From assembly GCF_018350175.1 (NCBI RefSeq), contig NC_058368.1, positions 13,392,001-13,456,000 of the forward strand: 64,000 nucleotides of DNA, read 5' to 3'. Numbering within the stretch: the first letter of the stretch is position 1; each line of letters opens with the position of its first letter. The DNA comes from Felis catus (lineage: Eukaryota). Positions 50,541 to 63,244 of this stretch are shown here, in pieces. Both the position numbers and the translations under genes were made by a program. The notes under the pieces are model-generated. The model had not been told where the DNA came from. It ran no database searches and was given only the letters and a program-made list of their open reading frames with translations.

Positions 50541-51349
50541 TAGTCTTGCAAATGGGAGGGTCATACCCAGAGGCTTTCTGTTCTGTCTTTTTCATATTCG
50601 TCCTGCTGTCTAGACTGAGGCCCCCAGTCCCAGGGTCCTGGGTTCCTGGCTTCTGGAGGGATGTCTCTTGTTCTGTGTACCTTTGTGGCAGCATTCTAGC
50701 TGCTATTTCTTCTCCTTTCCTGATCCATGTCTGTTGTAGGTGACCTGGTCCCCAGCCCCTCTCCTGTGGGTGCTATGAAGCCTTGTGAGTTCTGAGGGTA
50801 ATTCTGACTTGGCTCCCGCCTGGGCCACATCCTCCTTGGTCCTTGTTGCAGAGCCGTCTGGCCCTGGGGAAGGTGGTGTCACTCTCTTCCATGGCCCCCA
50901 GCCAGATACTCAGGTAGACCTAGGTTCTGTCTATGCTGCTTAGAACCAAAGTGGCCCAGGGAAGCCAAAACTCAGGCCTGCATCTGCCTAACTCTGCCTG
51001 ATAACCAAGATGATTTTGATGTGGCTGTGAACAAGGCTGGTAGATGACAGCTATAAGACCGCATTCCTGTGCAGTCTCAGGAGCTCGCATCTGCCCTCAG
51101 CCTGAACGTCGAGGCACTGATTTGATACCTGATATGCACACCCAATCCAGGCTGAAGCCATGAGAGAACAATGTCTATCACACAGTGTAATAGACAGTGT
51201 AAGGGTCTCCCCTTTCTCACTTCCTTTTCCTCTGGTCACTTTTATCCCTGGGCTCCTATCCCCCATTTCCTGTGTAATGTCTTTAGTCTACTATAGAACC
51301 GTAAACTTGTTGACTCACTGTCTGGTCAGAACTTAGCTAAAAGGATTAT

Positions 51350-51460
51350 TTTCTTTTTTCTTTCTCTTCTTTATTAAAAAAATTAATGTTTATTTTATTT
51401 TGAGAGACAGAGAAACACAGAGCACAGGCAGGGGAGGGGCAAAGAGAAAGGGAGACACAG
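51350..51460 (-). mobile_element. 5'-truncated CanSINE (3' half only)
   Basis: T-rich tail plus 'gagacagaga...ggggaggggcaaagagaaagggagacacag', with no head. Confidence 0.8.
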
Positions 51461-52182
51461 GAGAAGCCCTGATTTTGCCTCCACTATGAGATCTTGCATG
51501 CCTCACTATTCCTACCACATACCCAGGTGACTTCTTGAAATGAAGCTAGGTGATAAGCAGATGACGGACAAATGTGAGAGAGAAATAATTGATTTTGTTT
51601 TTTGTTTTTCCCTAAAGGACTGAGTTCAAAGTGCTTTCTACGTTTGCAAATCAGATTATGTTTTAACCCAAGTATTAAATTCAGTTGTCAGTTGTTTTGG
51701 TTAGTTTGTTCCCAGGTGATCAGTGGGAGGAAAATCAGATTGGTTATAGAAAAAAGAAAAGAGCTATATGTTCTCTGTACATCCCAGCTGAAGTGTGAGT
51801 GAAATTTTCAGTCCTACTCTGTAGCTAGATCATATGAGAATTGGGAAAAGATGGACAAACACACAGAAGGACTGGGCATTTTTTGCCTCACCAAGATGAA
51901 CCCCTGCGCCGAGTGATTCATGACAATACTGAGGAATGACAATGTTGAATCTGTTTCAATATGCATTTTTTGAAAGAATGCATGAAAATGGAATGAATCT
52001 CACTAATTAGCTCACTCTAAGAGGCAAAGCCAATAGCACTAAAAAATTGCTCATGTTGAAGTCCTAGTCAGTGACTAAGCAGTAAATATATCTACTTCCT
52101 GAATCATGGGCTCAAATCAGGAAGTGACATTCATTAGTGCTTCTCAGTATTTAGTCATATCTAGACTCCTGCATCATCGATC

Positions 52183-52701
52183 TGTAGGTGCATAAGTACT
52201 CTAAAATTGGCAGCTAAAAATAACAAACACTTATCTTACAGTTTCTGAGGGTCGGGAATCTCAGAGTAACTTAGTCGGGTAGTTGGATGGTCTGACTCAG
52301 AACCTCCGTGACAATGGCAATTTAAGCTTTTGGGCATGATCTGCAATCATCTAAAGGCTGGGGCTGAAAGATGCCTCCAAGATGGCTGACTCCATGGCTC
52401 TTGGCAGAAAGCCTTAGTTTCTCATCATGTAAGCCTCTCCCTAGGACAGCCAGAGGGTCTTCCTGAGATGGCAGTGGGCTTCCCCAGAGTGAGTGATCTG
52501 AGGGGTTGGGTGCAGGGAGAGGCAGAAGCCACAGTGTATTTTATGGCTTGACCTCAGAAATGACATACCACCAATTCTGCCGTATTCTATTAGTCACACA
52601 GAGACTAACAGTAACACCATTAGGGAGGTGCTTACACAGAGTGTGATCTTGTGTGTAACAAGAGCTGGGATCATTGTGACCATCATGGAGGCTGCCTACC
52701 A
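52183..52701 (-). mobile_element. MaLR MLT1F-like LTR
   Basis: 'cagtttctgagggtcgggaatc', 'ggcttccccagagtgagtgatc', 'ttctgccgtattctattagtcaca' and 'ggaggctgcctacca'. Confidence 0.85.
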
Positions 52702-55402
52702 TGACTCCTTTTAAAGAAAAAATAAATTCAACAGACCTCTGGCATTGTGTTACTTGAACTTGCAAAGAGACGAAAGCAAGTCGAGACCTCTTTGACATAA
52801 ATAAGTTGTACAAACATGGGCTATAACTTTTCAAAGTTTTGTTTGTTAGTTCAGAATAATCAGGCCTCAAAACCCCAAAACTTTGTCAATCCTGGGATAC
52901 AAATTTTAATAAGGTGTCCCTTGATAACTCTACGACTGCCTTGTTTGTTCACTTGAAGATAAGTTTCACATTGCAGTGTTATTGAAACCTGCATTAAGTA
53001 GATATCTAATCCACTTACTGCTAGAATCAACAGAAAATTCTGCATTGCTTTTTTACTGCTATGCTTTTTGCTGATGAATGGCTGCAAGTTTGCCTGTGCA
53101 AAAATGCAATCTGCATAATACATCTGCTCCTGACATGAATACGGTACTGGCTGCTACAGCACAAATTCTTTAGATTTTGGCATGCCTATATTCTGTAGCC
53201 CCCAACATGATTCATCTCTCCTATCGCCTTCCCGATTCGAACCACTGTATAATCTTCCTTTTCAGGATGCTATGATATCGTTTGCCTTCCCTCAGCGTAA
53301 GAGAGATCATAAATGAAAGTGCAAAGCAGTCACTGAAATCCTGTGGCACTGACCAATTTCAAGGCGATATCTCAAGATGGTACACAGCATGCTTATGTTA
53401 ATTATTTATCATCACAGAAATAAAAAAAATGTGCTCACAACTTGTGACATACCAATATAGCTGTTTTCTCGACATATAACTGCATCCTAAGGTCCCCGTT
53501 TATACTGAGATGCCCAATCAAATGAAAAAGTATCCATGTTTATTTGCAGACACATCAGGCATGTTACCCCAAGACCCACAGAAAGTGGGTCTCCACCGCC
53601 AGAACATGACTCCATTAGTCTTGCAAATGAGAGGGTCGTACCTGGAGTCTTTCTGTTCTGACTCTCTTTCTCATATTCGTCCTGCGGTCTAGACTGAGGC
53701 CCCCAGTTCCAGCCAGATGGCAAGTCAGCATCTCAAAGGCATAACCCAAGGGGCAGAACAGCAGTAGGAATTAGGAATCTGTTGCCGCCATAAAGTTGGC
53801 TTCACATTGGAAAATAGTATCCATATGTTTGAGGAGATTTTTGAACCACTTGGCACGACGTTCCCTGCCACCATCCAGAAAATGCCCTCCAGGCCTGAGA
53901 GCTTCTTAACAAAGGATTCCCTGGCTTTGACACCCAGTATGGCTTTCAAGGATGATATGGAGCCTCTGACCCTAGATATCTGGACTGTCAGCCACAGTCT
54001 GTTATCAGACTGTGTCTATCAGAACTCCTTGCCCATCTGAGCAGATAAAAGAATCCTCACAAAATGGATTCCTCTCCGCTCAGAAGGCCCCCTGGCTCTC
54101 ACGTCGCGTAAACCCTGGAGAGGGAGGCCTGGCTTTCACTTCTCCGGCTCTGTCTGCCGGGTTTATTGCAACTGACACTAATGCCATGCTGGAGAGACAC
54201 AGCACGTGGGGTCTTCCTGCTCATCCCGTCTCCTGTCTGCTGTTAGGCGATGAATGGCCACTTAGTCATTGAAAGGGACAAACAAATAAAATTTCTCTCA
54301 CACAGAACTGAATGTGCACCCACTTTAGGCATCTGTCAGAGTGCAGCAGTAGATGGAGAAAGCCGTCCCTGCTCTGCTCTCTGGCTAATCAGGATGTGGC
54401 CTGGGGGTCCTCTTCCTGAGGACTAGAGAGAAAGCACCAGAAAGCACAGGGGAAGCCGTGTATGCAATGTGCTGGTGTTGACTTTGCTCCAGCGCCTTTG
54501 CTTTTTAAAAACATACTTTCAAAACCCTGAAGACTTCTAGAATACAAATGGTTGGAGACAAAGAGAAACTGCTTTGTTAAGAAATCCGTTGGGATAATTC
54601 TCTGATATACTCAGGCTTCAGTTTGGGTGCCGAAGTTCCCAGAAATCCATTTTACTGAGGGTCCTGTTCATTCTTTACTATTGAACTGCTGCAGGGAATC
54701 CGAACTAAAGCATAACAAGGAGAATGAGGAAAGCCTCGCAGCAGCTGAGCCACACTGGGGGCGCCCACAGCAAACGCCGATCTGCCAGCAATAATCTTGG
54801 GTCTCCTGGGCAAAAATCCCATGCGGCTCGGTGACGGTCAGACTCCCCTCTCATTGCTAATGCAAATGCATCCTATAGATATCACTGAAAAGGATCATTA
54901 AAAGTGAGCTCTACGGCTCTCACTTCAGCTGCTTGCCTCCCAGGCTGGGAGGAGCCGGCAGTGTCTAGAATCTCCATTAGACCTGCAGCCAGGAAGTAGT
55001 TTAAAGCATTACATCATAAGGTTGTCAAGGGAACTGGCCAGGCTGCCTCTCTGGCATCCTGTGGCCCATGCTGACATGTTCTCTAGACCAGGGGAGGAGT
55101 AGAGAGGTGGCCTGCAGCCTGAAGCATGACAGCCAGCAGCCCAGGCTCAGAGAGGTGACATTTATGCTGGGATATCTTCTAGGCTGGATCCTGAGATAGG
55201 TCTCAGCAGTACAGCAATTCTGTCATCCACTGTGTGGTAGGAAAGACCCTCCCTGGTATTAGCACCTGCCAGGAGCTCCGGAAGCCTTCTTCCTGACCGT
55301 CCTCAGCCTGACATCTGAAGGAGGCCACGAAGCTTGCTGAGGGCACCATTCGCTCCCAGAGAGCCCAGGCCCCGGCTTCCTGTTGCCTTTAGAATGGGAC
55401 CC

Positions 55403-55839
55403 TGTATTCGTTCTATTAGTTCCCTGGGCTGCCGAACGAAGTGCCACCACCCGAGTGTTCTTAAACGACAGAAATGTCTTCTCTTCTCCTTCCGGAGACT
55501 GGAAGTGTGAGATTAAGGTATCGGCAGCGCCATGCCTCCTGTGAAGCCTCTAGGGCAGGATCTGGCCCGGCCCCTTCGGCCCCTTATGGCCCCAGGTAGG
55601 TGTTCCTTGGTGGGCAGCAGCCTCCCTCCTCGCTGAGCTGCCTTCCTTCTGTGCAGCAGTGTCTTTATGTGAGGTGCTCCTCTCTGTGCCTGTCTCCATT
55701 TTCCTCTCCTACAAAGATACCAGTCCTATTGAATTGATCTCAAATTGATTACACAAAGAGCCTATTTCCAAATAAGGTCAGATTCGCAGGTACTGGGGTG
55801 AGGACTTCAATGTTGAAGGACGCAACTCAATTCATAACA
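55403..55839 (-). mobile_element. MaLR MLT1B/C-like LTR
   Basis: 'ctatttccaaataaggtcagattcgcaggtactggggtgaggacttcaa...cataaca'. Confidence 0.85.
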
Positions 55840-56376
55840 GGCCCACTCTTCCAGTGCACAATCACTTCCCCAGGCCTGTGGTAGGGCAGGCCCACGCCTG
55901 GCTGTGTAACAAGCTCACGGAACACCAGGTGGAAGGTCAAGCCAAAGTCGAGCTGTTAAAATGGAGCCATTGAGGAAATGGAGACAACACTGTGGCCTTG
56001 GATAGCAAGGTCACTTCATGATTCTGAACTTGCCAATAGCTTCATAGTTGCTCCTGTCTCCCTTCCTGTGGCTCTAAGGGAAGGTGTACGGGACAAGGAG
56101 CTCTCAACAAAATCAACTGGGAAGGGTTTCCCTTCCCGTAATCACAGACAGGATGTTATCCTGGCTTTCTGTTCAGTAATACTCTCCAAGACCTCGAGAC
56201 TGAGCAGTTTCCTCAGTCCTATGAACGGTCCATCCTTGGCAGTCCAGAGAAAACATTTCTAGTGAGATGTGTTTGTCTTTTCTCTCTTAATAGAGGCCAT
56301 TCTTTTAAGATCACAGTGTTTTTGCATTATCTTAATGTCAGAAGCCTGCCAGAACTCTTTAGAAAGGTAGCATTCT

Positions 56377-56509
56377 GGGGCGCCTGGGTGGCTCAGTCGG
56401 TTAAGTGTTTAATTTTGGCTCAGATCATGATCTCATGGTTGGTGACTTCCAGCCCTGCATGGGGCTCTGCACTGACAGCTTGGAGCCAGGAGCCTGCTTT
56501 GGATTCTCT

Positions 56510-56558
<49 letters not shown>

Positions 56559-56650
56559 CCTTTCTCTCTCTGCCCCACCCCTGCTTGCTCTCTCTCTCTC
56601 TCCCTCAAAAATTAGTAAATAATAAAAAACATTTTTAAAAAGTAAAACAA
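56377..56650 (+). mobile_element. CanSINE with expanded (CT)n
   Basis: Complete SINE; TSD aaggtag(c/t)att. Confidence 0.95.
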
Positions 56651-57104
56651 GGAAGGTAGTATTTAATTCCACTCCTAGAAGCATAAAAGACCAGGAGACG
56701 ATGCCACTCCACTCACGTGCTTTCTCCAAAGGTGTATAGAGAGGGAGGCTCCCAAATTTTTCAGCAGAAGCGAATACTGTGTTTGAAACAGCACCCTTAA
56801 CAATTGGATTAAGGCCATTTACTGAAATAGCAATTTCCTTTCTGCAAATAAGGATGGTTAATTTCAGGTGAGGAAAGGTTAATGGCACATGTAACAGTGT
56901 TAGAACATCCTTCTTGCAGCCAAGGGAAGGACATAGAAACACGGAGAGGTTTGGTGCTGGTCCCAAAGTTCTTTCCCACATTCTGGGATTATTTCTCCTA
57001 CATCCTGAAGCCAGCTTGGTCCCAGAAAAATTGTAGCTATCATTTAGTCACTTGCTGGGTGCTTTACATATATTATCTCACAGACCCTACAGGAGGTGCT
57101 ATAG

Positions 57105-57420
57105 CATAAGGACAAAGATCTCAGGCCCCAGAGTCAAATAGTTAGACTCAAGTTCACACTCCCACCTTTCACCTCTCCATATGACTGCAGGCAAGTCAGT
57201 GAGCTTCTTTGTGCTATGACATGGGAGGTCCAAATTACAATGTCATAGAGTGGCTGTAAAGATTGAGAGAGATAGCCTATAGGAACACTCAATAAATGTT
57301 AGTTCCTATTATTAGGTACTGTAATTATTCCCACTTTACATATTACATCCCACTTTTAAAAGGAACCTGAGTTTCAGAAGAGCTAAATTACATGTTCAGG
57401 TCACACGACTAATTATGGAG
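57105..57420. mobile_element. Adjacent MIR fragments in opposite orientations
   Basis: 'ggcaagtcagtgagcttctttgtgct...ctcaataaatgttag' followed by 'attattcccactttaca...ggaacctgagtttcagaagagctaa'. Confidence 0.6.
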
Positions 57421-58289
57421 AACAGGTTCTAGTCTAAGCTTTGGCCAACAGAAGCCCCACCTCCCCGATAGTGCTGACTATTATGCACAATTGCCTGCCT
57501 AACAATTTGGAGCAACATTGCTTTGGGAGCTCCCTGACCTCCATTTTCAGATCAGACTTCTGCCTTTCTGTCTCCTTCTGGGAATACAGCATCCTCCTAG
57601 GTTCCCCTTCTAACAAGAGCCCAGGGCTCTCCTTTAAAACCCATCTTCCCTAGAGAGCGTCACATACTTTAGACCAAATCTTTCCCCTCAGCAGGCCCCT
57701 GGCTGTCTCATGCAAGAGTGGCCACACCCATCTGCTCAAATATCTAGGGAGGATGGTGGCTTAATTATTTTTCATTTACTTAACAATAGCACAAAAGGCA
57801 GGCTTTCAAGTCACTGTGGCCCAGGCACTGTGATACAACCCACACTTATGGCCCCAGTCCTCATGGAGAGTCTGATCTGGAAAGGAAGGAAGACCCATAG
57901 GTAATTAGCTCTTATACTTCAGGGAAAGTGGTTATGAAGGGGGCTGCTGTTGATGAACGTCCAGGGGTGGGGGTGCCAAGGTGGAACTGCGTTAGCTAGG
58001 TCTGGACTATTGAGTCTGATTTCACCAACAGGACTTGAAACAAAAGCCTCCTGGCAAAGAAGAAAGAGCCAACACTGATGGAATTGGTGTAAGCCTAAAT
58101 AACCCTAGGCGGAGGGGTCGGTGCTGCTGGAGTTGGCTGAGCCCGAGAGTGATGGGATGTGGCTGGAGATGGAGGCCGAGCCCAGGTGGGGAGGTCTTTG
58201 AATGCCCACTGCCCTGCCGCTTTGGCTTTTGTCCTGCATGCTACCGACTCTAAGCCTTCACCCTCCATCAGAAGCACCTGAGGGCTAGA

Positions 58290-58422
58290 CAAAAAAATGC
58301 AGATTTCTACCTGCCCTGCAAAAGGTTTTGATTCAGCACATCGGGGATGGGGCCTGCACGTTCACTTTTCTAACGTTCTCAGCTAACACTGAGCTGCTCA
58401 TCTAGCACCACGCTTTGAATGT
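58290..58422. mobile_element. MER5A-type hAT MITE
   Basis: 'aaatgcagatttct...tgattcagca...ggatggggcctg...accacgctttga'. Confidence 0.7.
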
Positions 58423-59034
58423 TGTTGCGGCAGAGAGTGGGTTAATGGAGAACTATCCGGAAAATATTTGCATTTTAAACTGAGGCACCTTGGTTTTTCC
58501 TAGAGAAAGCCCTGAGGGAGCCAGTGGGCATGCTTCACCGCTCCTTCCTGTCTACTGTCTCCTCCCCTCTGCCTAGGGCTGGGCCACCACAGGCGTTGGG
58601 CTAAGCTCCAGCTTGGGTGCCAGCACAGCACCCTACTTTGCCCAGCAGCAAGGCTTTGAGAAGGGCAGCATCATTTCTGGTGTTTGTTTTCCCTGAGAAA
58701 GGATGCTCTGGCCCCTGCCCTAATGCCACTCGTTGGCTGAGGGTCACTGGCTCCCCCTGCTGTCCCGCTCCCACCCTAAAGTGGTTGCTAATGGTTTCCA
58801 CAGGTTTTTTTGTTGTTGCTGCAGGTGAATCAGGATGCCTCAGTTCAGCACTTCCTTGGATAGCTGCTGAGATCAAAATCACCTTTGCTGCCTCTTTCCA
58901 GTGGGAAATAACCCACGTTCCACCTAGGGTATACAAACTCCCTTGCAAAAGCAAAGAAAATGTCATCTTGAAAAAGATATGCCATTGAGGAGTTGGAAAT
59001 CAAACTTTAACGGCCTCTGCATACCTCTGTGGGC

Positions 59035-59512
59035 TCATCTCTTTCCTTCCCAATCTCACTCTGTCCAGGCTAACCGCCATGACATTCATGCAACATACCA
59101 GGCAAGTCTGGGGCTTTGCACTGGCTATTCCATCTGCCTAGAATGTTCTTCCTACAATATCAACATGGCTCACTCTCTTGTCTTTCAGTGAAACCTGCTT
59201 AAAACACCAAGCCCTTTCCCCAACACACACACACACATACACACACACGGACACACACATGGGCACACAGATACACACACACAAACTCACATTGTCCCCC
59301 TAGTTCTACTTCATTTTTTCCATGGCACATATCACTACCTCCCACACTGTATATTTTACTTATCTGTTTGTTCATAGTCTGAATCTTACCCCCTAGAATA
59401 TAAGCTTCATGAACACAGGAATTCTAGTCCAGTTTGTTTACTATGGGGTATCTCACACCCAGAACAATACTTGGAACACATAGTTCTAGAAAGACAGTAT
59501 TTCTTGAATGAC
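59035..59512 (+). mobile_element. L2a 3' end with internal (CA)n
   Basis: 'gggctttgcactggctattccatctgcctagaatgttcttcc', 'ctagaatataagcttcatga' and terminal 'ttgaatga'. Confidence 0.85.
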
Positions 59513-61288
59513 ACAAACGACACAAACTGGTTCTCTTACACCCTGGTTTTAAGACCTGGACTTGTTCAGTATCTATCTTGCCCAGAATGGCAATCAAGCT
59601 ACTGTATGCCTCTTATTAATAAAAAAAATGAGAATAATACCTGCCTTACCCAGATTTCAGTTTGAGAAAGATAAGCTAATATCTAAACTATGAAAGGCTG
59701 TGAAACATGAACTGTAAAACAAATGCAAGTTATTTTAATTATTTTCCCATTTCCCCCAAAGAGTATAACAAATATACTCAAAGAAGTCATTACTATGACT
59801 AGCACTTTTTTACAGGCCTACTTGAATAGGCTTTCTTTGTTTTACTACGTTCATAAATAACTCTTCATATGTGCTAGAGAAATAGAAAGAAATGTGAAAG
59901 CTTCTAATGGTGAAAAAATAAATAGAAATAAATCAAGTGTAAGATTATTCAATTGAGTGTGTTTGGTTAATGTATAAACAGTAATGAGTGACATTAAGTT
60001 ACAAGGCAATAGAGGGATTGTTCACTCAATATCATCGGAGTAAAATAATGGGAAAAAGTAAATGTTCATCAATTTTATTAATATATGTAGCTCCAATGTC
60101 CCCAGGCCACCCAAACTACAAGTTTAATTGCGATCACACTGACATGAATCCATAGAGTCTGCTGGCCTACATGATTACAGGCTCCCCTATATAACTATAG
60201 GCCATCTGCAAAGACTTCCCCAAGTAATCGGAGAATGTCTGGAGTACTTTGAAAGTGCTCATGATGATTTCCCTCAGGGTTTTCTGCTGTACCCTACTTG
60301 TTGATGTCCACCACCTTCAGCCCTTAAAGAAGGTGCTGTGGGAGCATTGCTTTAGAATGTGGAGAACCAGTCCTCAGTGCTCCAGTTTCCATAACCCCAA
60401 ATAGCCTGTGTCCTACCAGCACTGGAGTCATAATGTGTCAGCTTCCACAGTGGGGAGCTGGCCCTTCTTAAGTCTTGCACCTAGACCCTGGGGATGTGCT
60501 AGGAAATGACAGATGAAAAGCCAACAGCCTTTTCCCTTGCTTCGTGTCATTCGGCATAAGACTCGTCTTATAAAATGGCCATCAACGGAAAGCATGCCTT
60601 CACATGAACACAGAAAAATCCTTACTGCTTAACAAGCCATAAATAGACCTGATCTCAGATTTCTTGAAAGCTTTATTGTACTTTTAGTGGTGACTCCGGT
60701 GAATTAACTTCTGTGAAGAAGCAGACAGGCTGTTGAAAAACAGGAAACAGGTAAAATACATTCTCCAGCTTCAGAAAACCCAGCCATAATTACCCTTGGA
60801 TTGTGATTAGTGGTGCTGCACATGTGGCTGTTTTCCAAAGGCTTCCTGGCCTCCCCATAGCCCACTTTGCACTCTGGGCAAGTGTGGCCCAGCTGTGCTC
60901 ATTTTCTGCTTGCTTTTCCCTGGCAAAGAAACATTTGTGCAATTCTCCATTCAAGCAGTAAAGAATGACTCTCAATCTTTCCACCTTTGATAGGAAATAA
61001 AAGATCAGAATGCCCTGTCTCTTCCAGAGAAACACAACGGAGGGAACATCTCAGGTAATAGCCGTTGGGACTATTGTTCCCAAGAGGAATGCTGTGCCCC
61101 CATTTCTCAGCAGACAGGCCACAATGCCTCCACTCCATGCCCGAGCACAGAGAGTCCATGGGCTTTATGTATATGCTTGTGGGGTAGTCTGCCTACTAAT
61201 AAATGAATATTCTCTTCTCAAGAAATGCATTGGAGGGATCCTCAAATTCAAATAGTGTAGAACCTCTCTTGAAAAGGTAGTAAGTTTT

Positions 61289-61522
61289 GGGATGCTCAGT
61301 CAGGGTGGCTCAGTCAGTTAAGTATCCGACTCTTGATTTCAGCTCAGGTCATGATCTCAGTCATGAGATGGAGTCCGGCATTGGATCTGCACTGCTGGGC
61401 TTAAGGTTCTCTCTCTGTCTCTCTCTGTCTCTCTGTCTCTCTGTCTCTCTGTCTCTCTCTCTCTGCCCCTCCTCTGCTCACATGCCCTCTCTCTCAAAAT
61501 AAATAAAATAAACATTAAAAAA
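61289..61522 (+). mobile_element. CanSINE (older subfamily)
   Basis: Head, (CTCTGT)n tract and A-tail. Confidence 0.9.
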
Positions 61523-61525
61523 CAC

Positions 61526-61735
61526 ATTTTTAAATGTTTATTTATTTTTGAGAGGGAGAGAGACAGAATGTGAGTGGGTTAGGGGCAGAGAGAGAGAGAG
61601 ACACAGAATCTGAAGCAGGCTCCAGGCTCCGAGCTATCAGCACAGAGCCTGATGCAGGGCTCGAACTCACAATTCATGAGATCATGACCTGAGCGGAAGT
61701 CGGATGCTCAACAGATTGAGCCACCCAGGTGCCCC
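61526..61735 (-). mobile_element. CanSINE inserted tail-to-tail against the previous SINE
   Basis: Reverse-complement SINE; A-rich (AAAAT) sequence resumes after its head. Confidence 0.93.
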
Positions 61736-61815
61736 AAAATAAAATAAAATTTAATTTAATTTAATTTAATTTAATGTAATTTAATGTAATTTAATGTAAT
61801 TTAATGTAATTTTTT
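61736..61815. repeat. (AAAAT)/(TTAAT)/(TTAATGTAAT) microsatellite
   Basis: Directly visible. Confidence 0.9.
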
Positions 61816-62874
61816 AAAAAGGTGAAAGGCTCTATTTCACTTTTCTTGGTTTTCATGCACAGACATAAACTCACATGCCTTACTTAAATTTACCTATAAG
61901 CAACGATCTGTGCAATACCTATGAAATGAATACTCGGTGGTAAAAAGACCAAGTGTTATCAGCCCAGACTGGAAGTCAATGTGAAATTCGGCCACACGCT
62001 ACAGTCATATGAGTTGGTATGGTCAGATCAGTCATTTTGAGTTAATGGGAGTTTTCTCTTTCTACCATACATTTAAGCATGAGACACAATGCCACCGGTA
62101 TTATTGAACTCCAGGCTTAAATTCAAAATCTCGTTGTTTCTTGTGAATAATTCAACAACTTTATATCTTATAAATAAAAAAGAAAAGCTTGGTAAAACAA
62201 GAAAAGGAAATGACAGAAAATTGAATCCAAGTCACCTTCTTTGATTTCTATTTTGTCTGCTTTTTAAAGGCAAACTGACTGGGGTTGAAGGAGATGTTGG
62301 ATCTGGGATGAAAGGTAACAAAATGGAGAAGACAGAGTGGGGAGATGACACGTGTGAATCACCCTTGTCACTCACAGCTTTGTCTTTCCCTAGCTATTAT
62401 TGCTAGAACCTGTTTGCTCAAAGGTCCAGCACCTTGTCTGGAGCCCAAGAATGACTTGAGGAAAACCACAAGCCATATTCCTGCTCAACGACAGTCTGAA
62501 GTCAGAGGTTTGAAGAACAAGGCACACAGAATGGAATCTAACTCCTGCAGGACATCAAAAAAGGGAATTTCCAAGTCCTGTCTTGTACAACCCAGCTCTT
62601 CAAATTAGCATACAATCATTTCAGCCTTTCTGAACACATTTTTTTAAACTTCAGAACAAACAATCAAACTGGTTCATGGATAATTTAGAATATTTTTGTA
62701 AGGGTAACGTTGGTGTGTTTCCTTTGACTCGTGGAAATTAATGTTAAATTCATTAATTCCTTTTATATCTTGAAATTGTCCTTTTAATATAAAATTATTT
62801 AATTGCTAAGTAACAAAAAAGTATTCTTTAAATCCTTCCGTTTATCTTAATTCTCTCAAAGGTTCACAATGTGA

Positions 62875-63090
62875 GGCGCCTGGGTGGCGCAGTCGGTTAA
62901 GCGTCCGACTTCAGCCAGGTCATGATCTTGCGGTCCGTGAGTTGGAGCCCCCCGTCGGGCTCTGGGCTGATGGCTGGGAGCCTGGAGCCTGTTTCCGATT
63001 CTGTGTCTCCCTCTCTCTCTGCCCCTCCCCCGTTCATGCTCTGTCTCTCTCTGTCCCAAAAATAAATAAACGTTGAAAAAAAAAAAAAAA
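62875..63090 (+). mobile_element. Young SINEC_Fc-type SINE
   Basis: CpG-rich with a pure A-tail; perfect TSD aaaggttcacaatgtgag. Confidence 0.97.
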
Positions 63091-63244
63091 GGTTCACAAT
63101 GTGAGAACATTCACCAAAGGTAATCACAGAGCCAATACAAGTTGAAAGGCATTCTAGAAATCCGGATGAAACATTTTAAAATTTGGCAAAAACGAGCATA
63201 ACATATCAGTTTCTGAAAAATAATACAAGTTGCTAAGTATTCTT

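Noticed and set aside
53725..54272. ORFs that might be a processed pseudogene
   Set aside because: No parent protein recognised, and no poly(A) tail or TSD.
62875..62950. tRNA-like A/B boxes in SINE heads as tRNA genes
   Set aside because: They continue into SINE body, CT tract and A-tail with TSDs; no complete cloverleaf.
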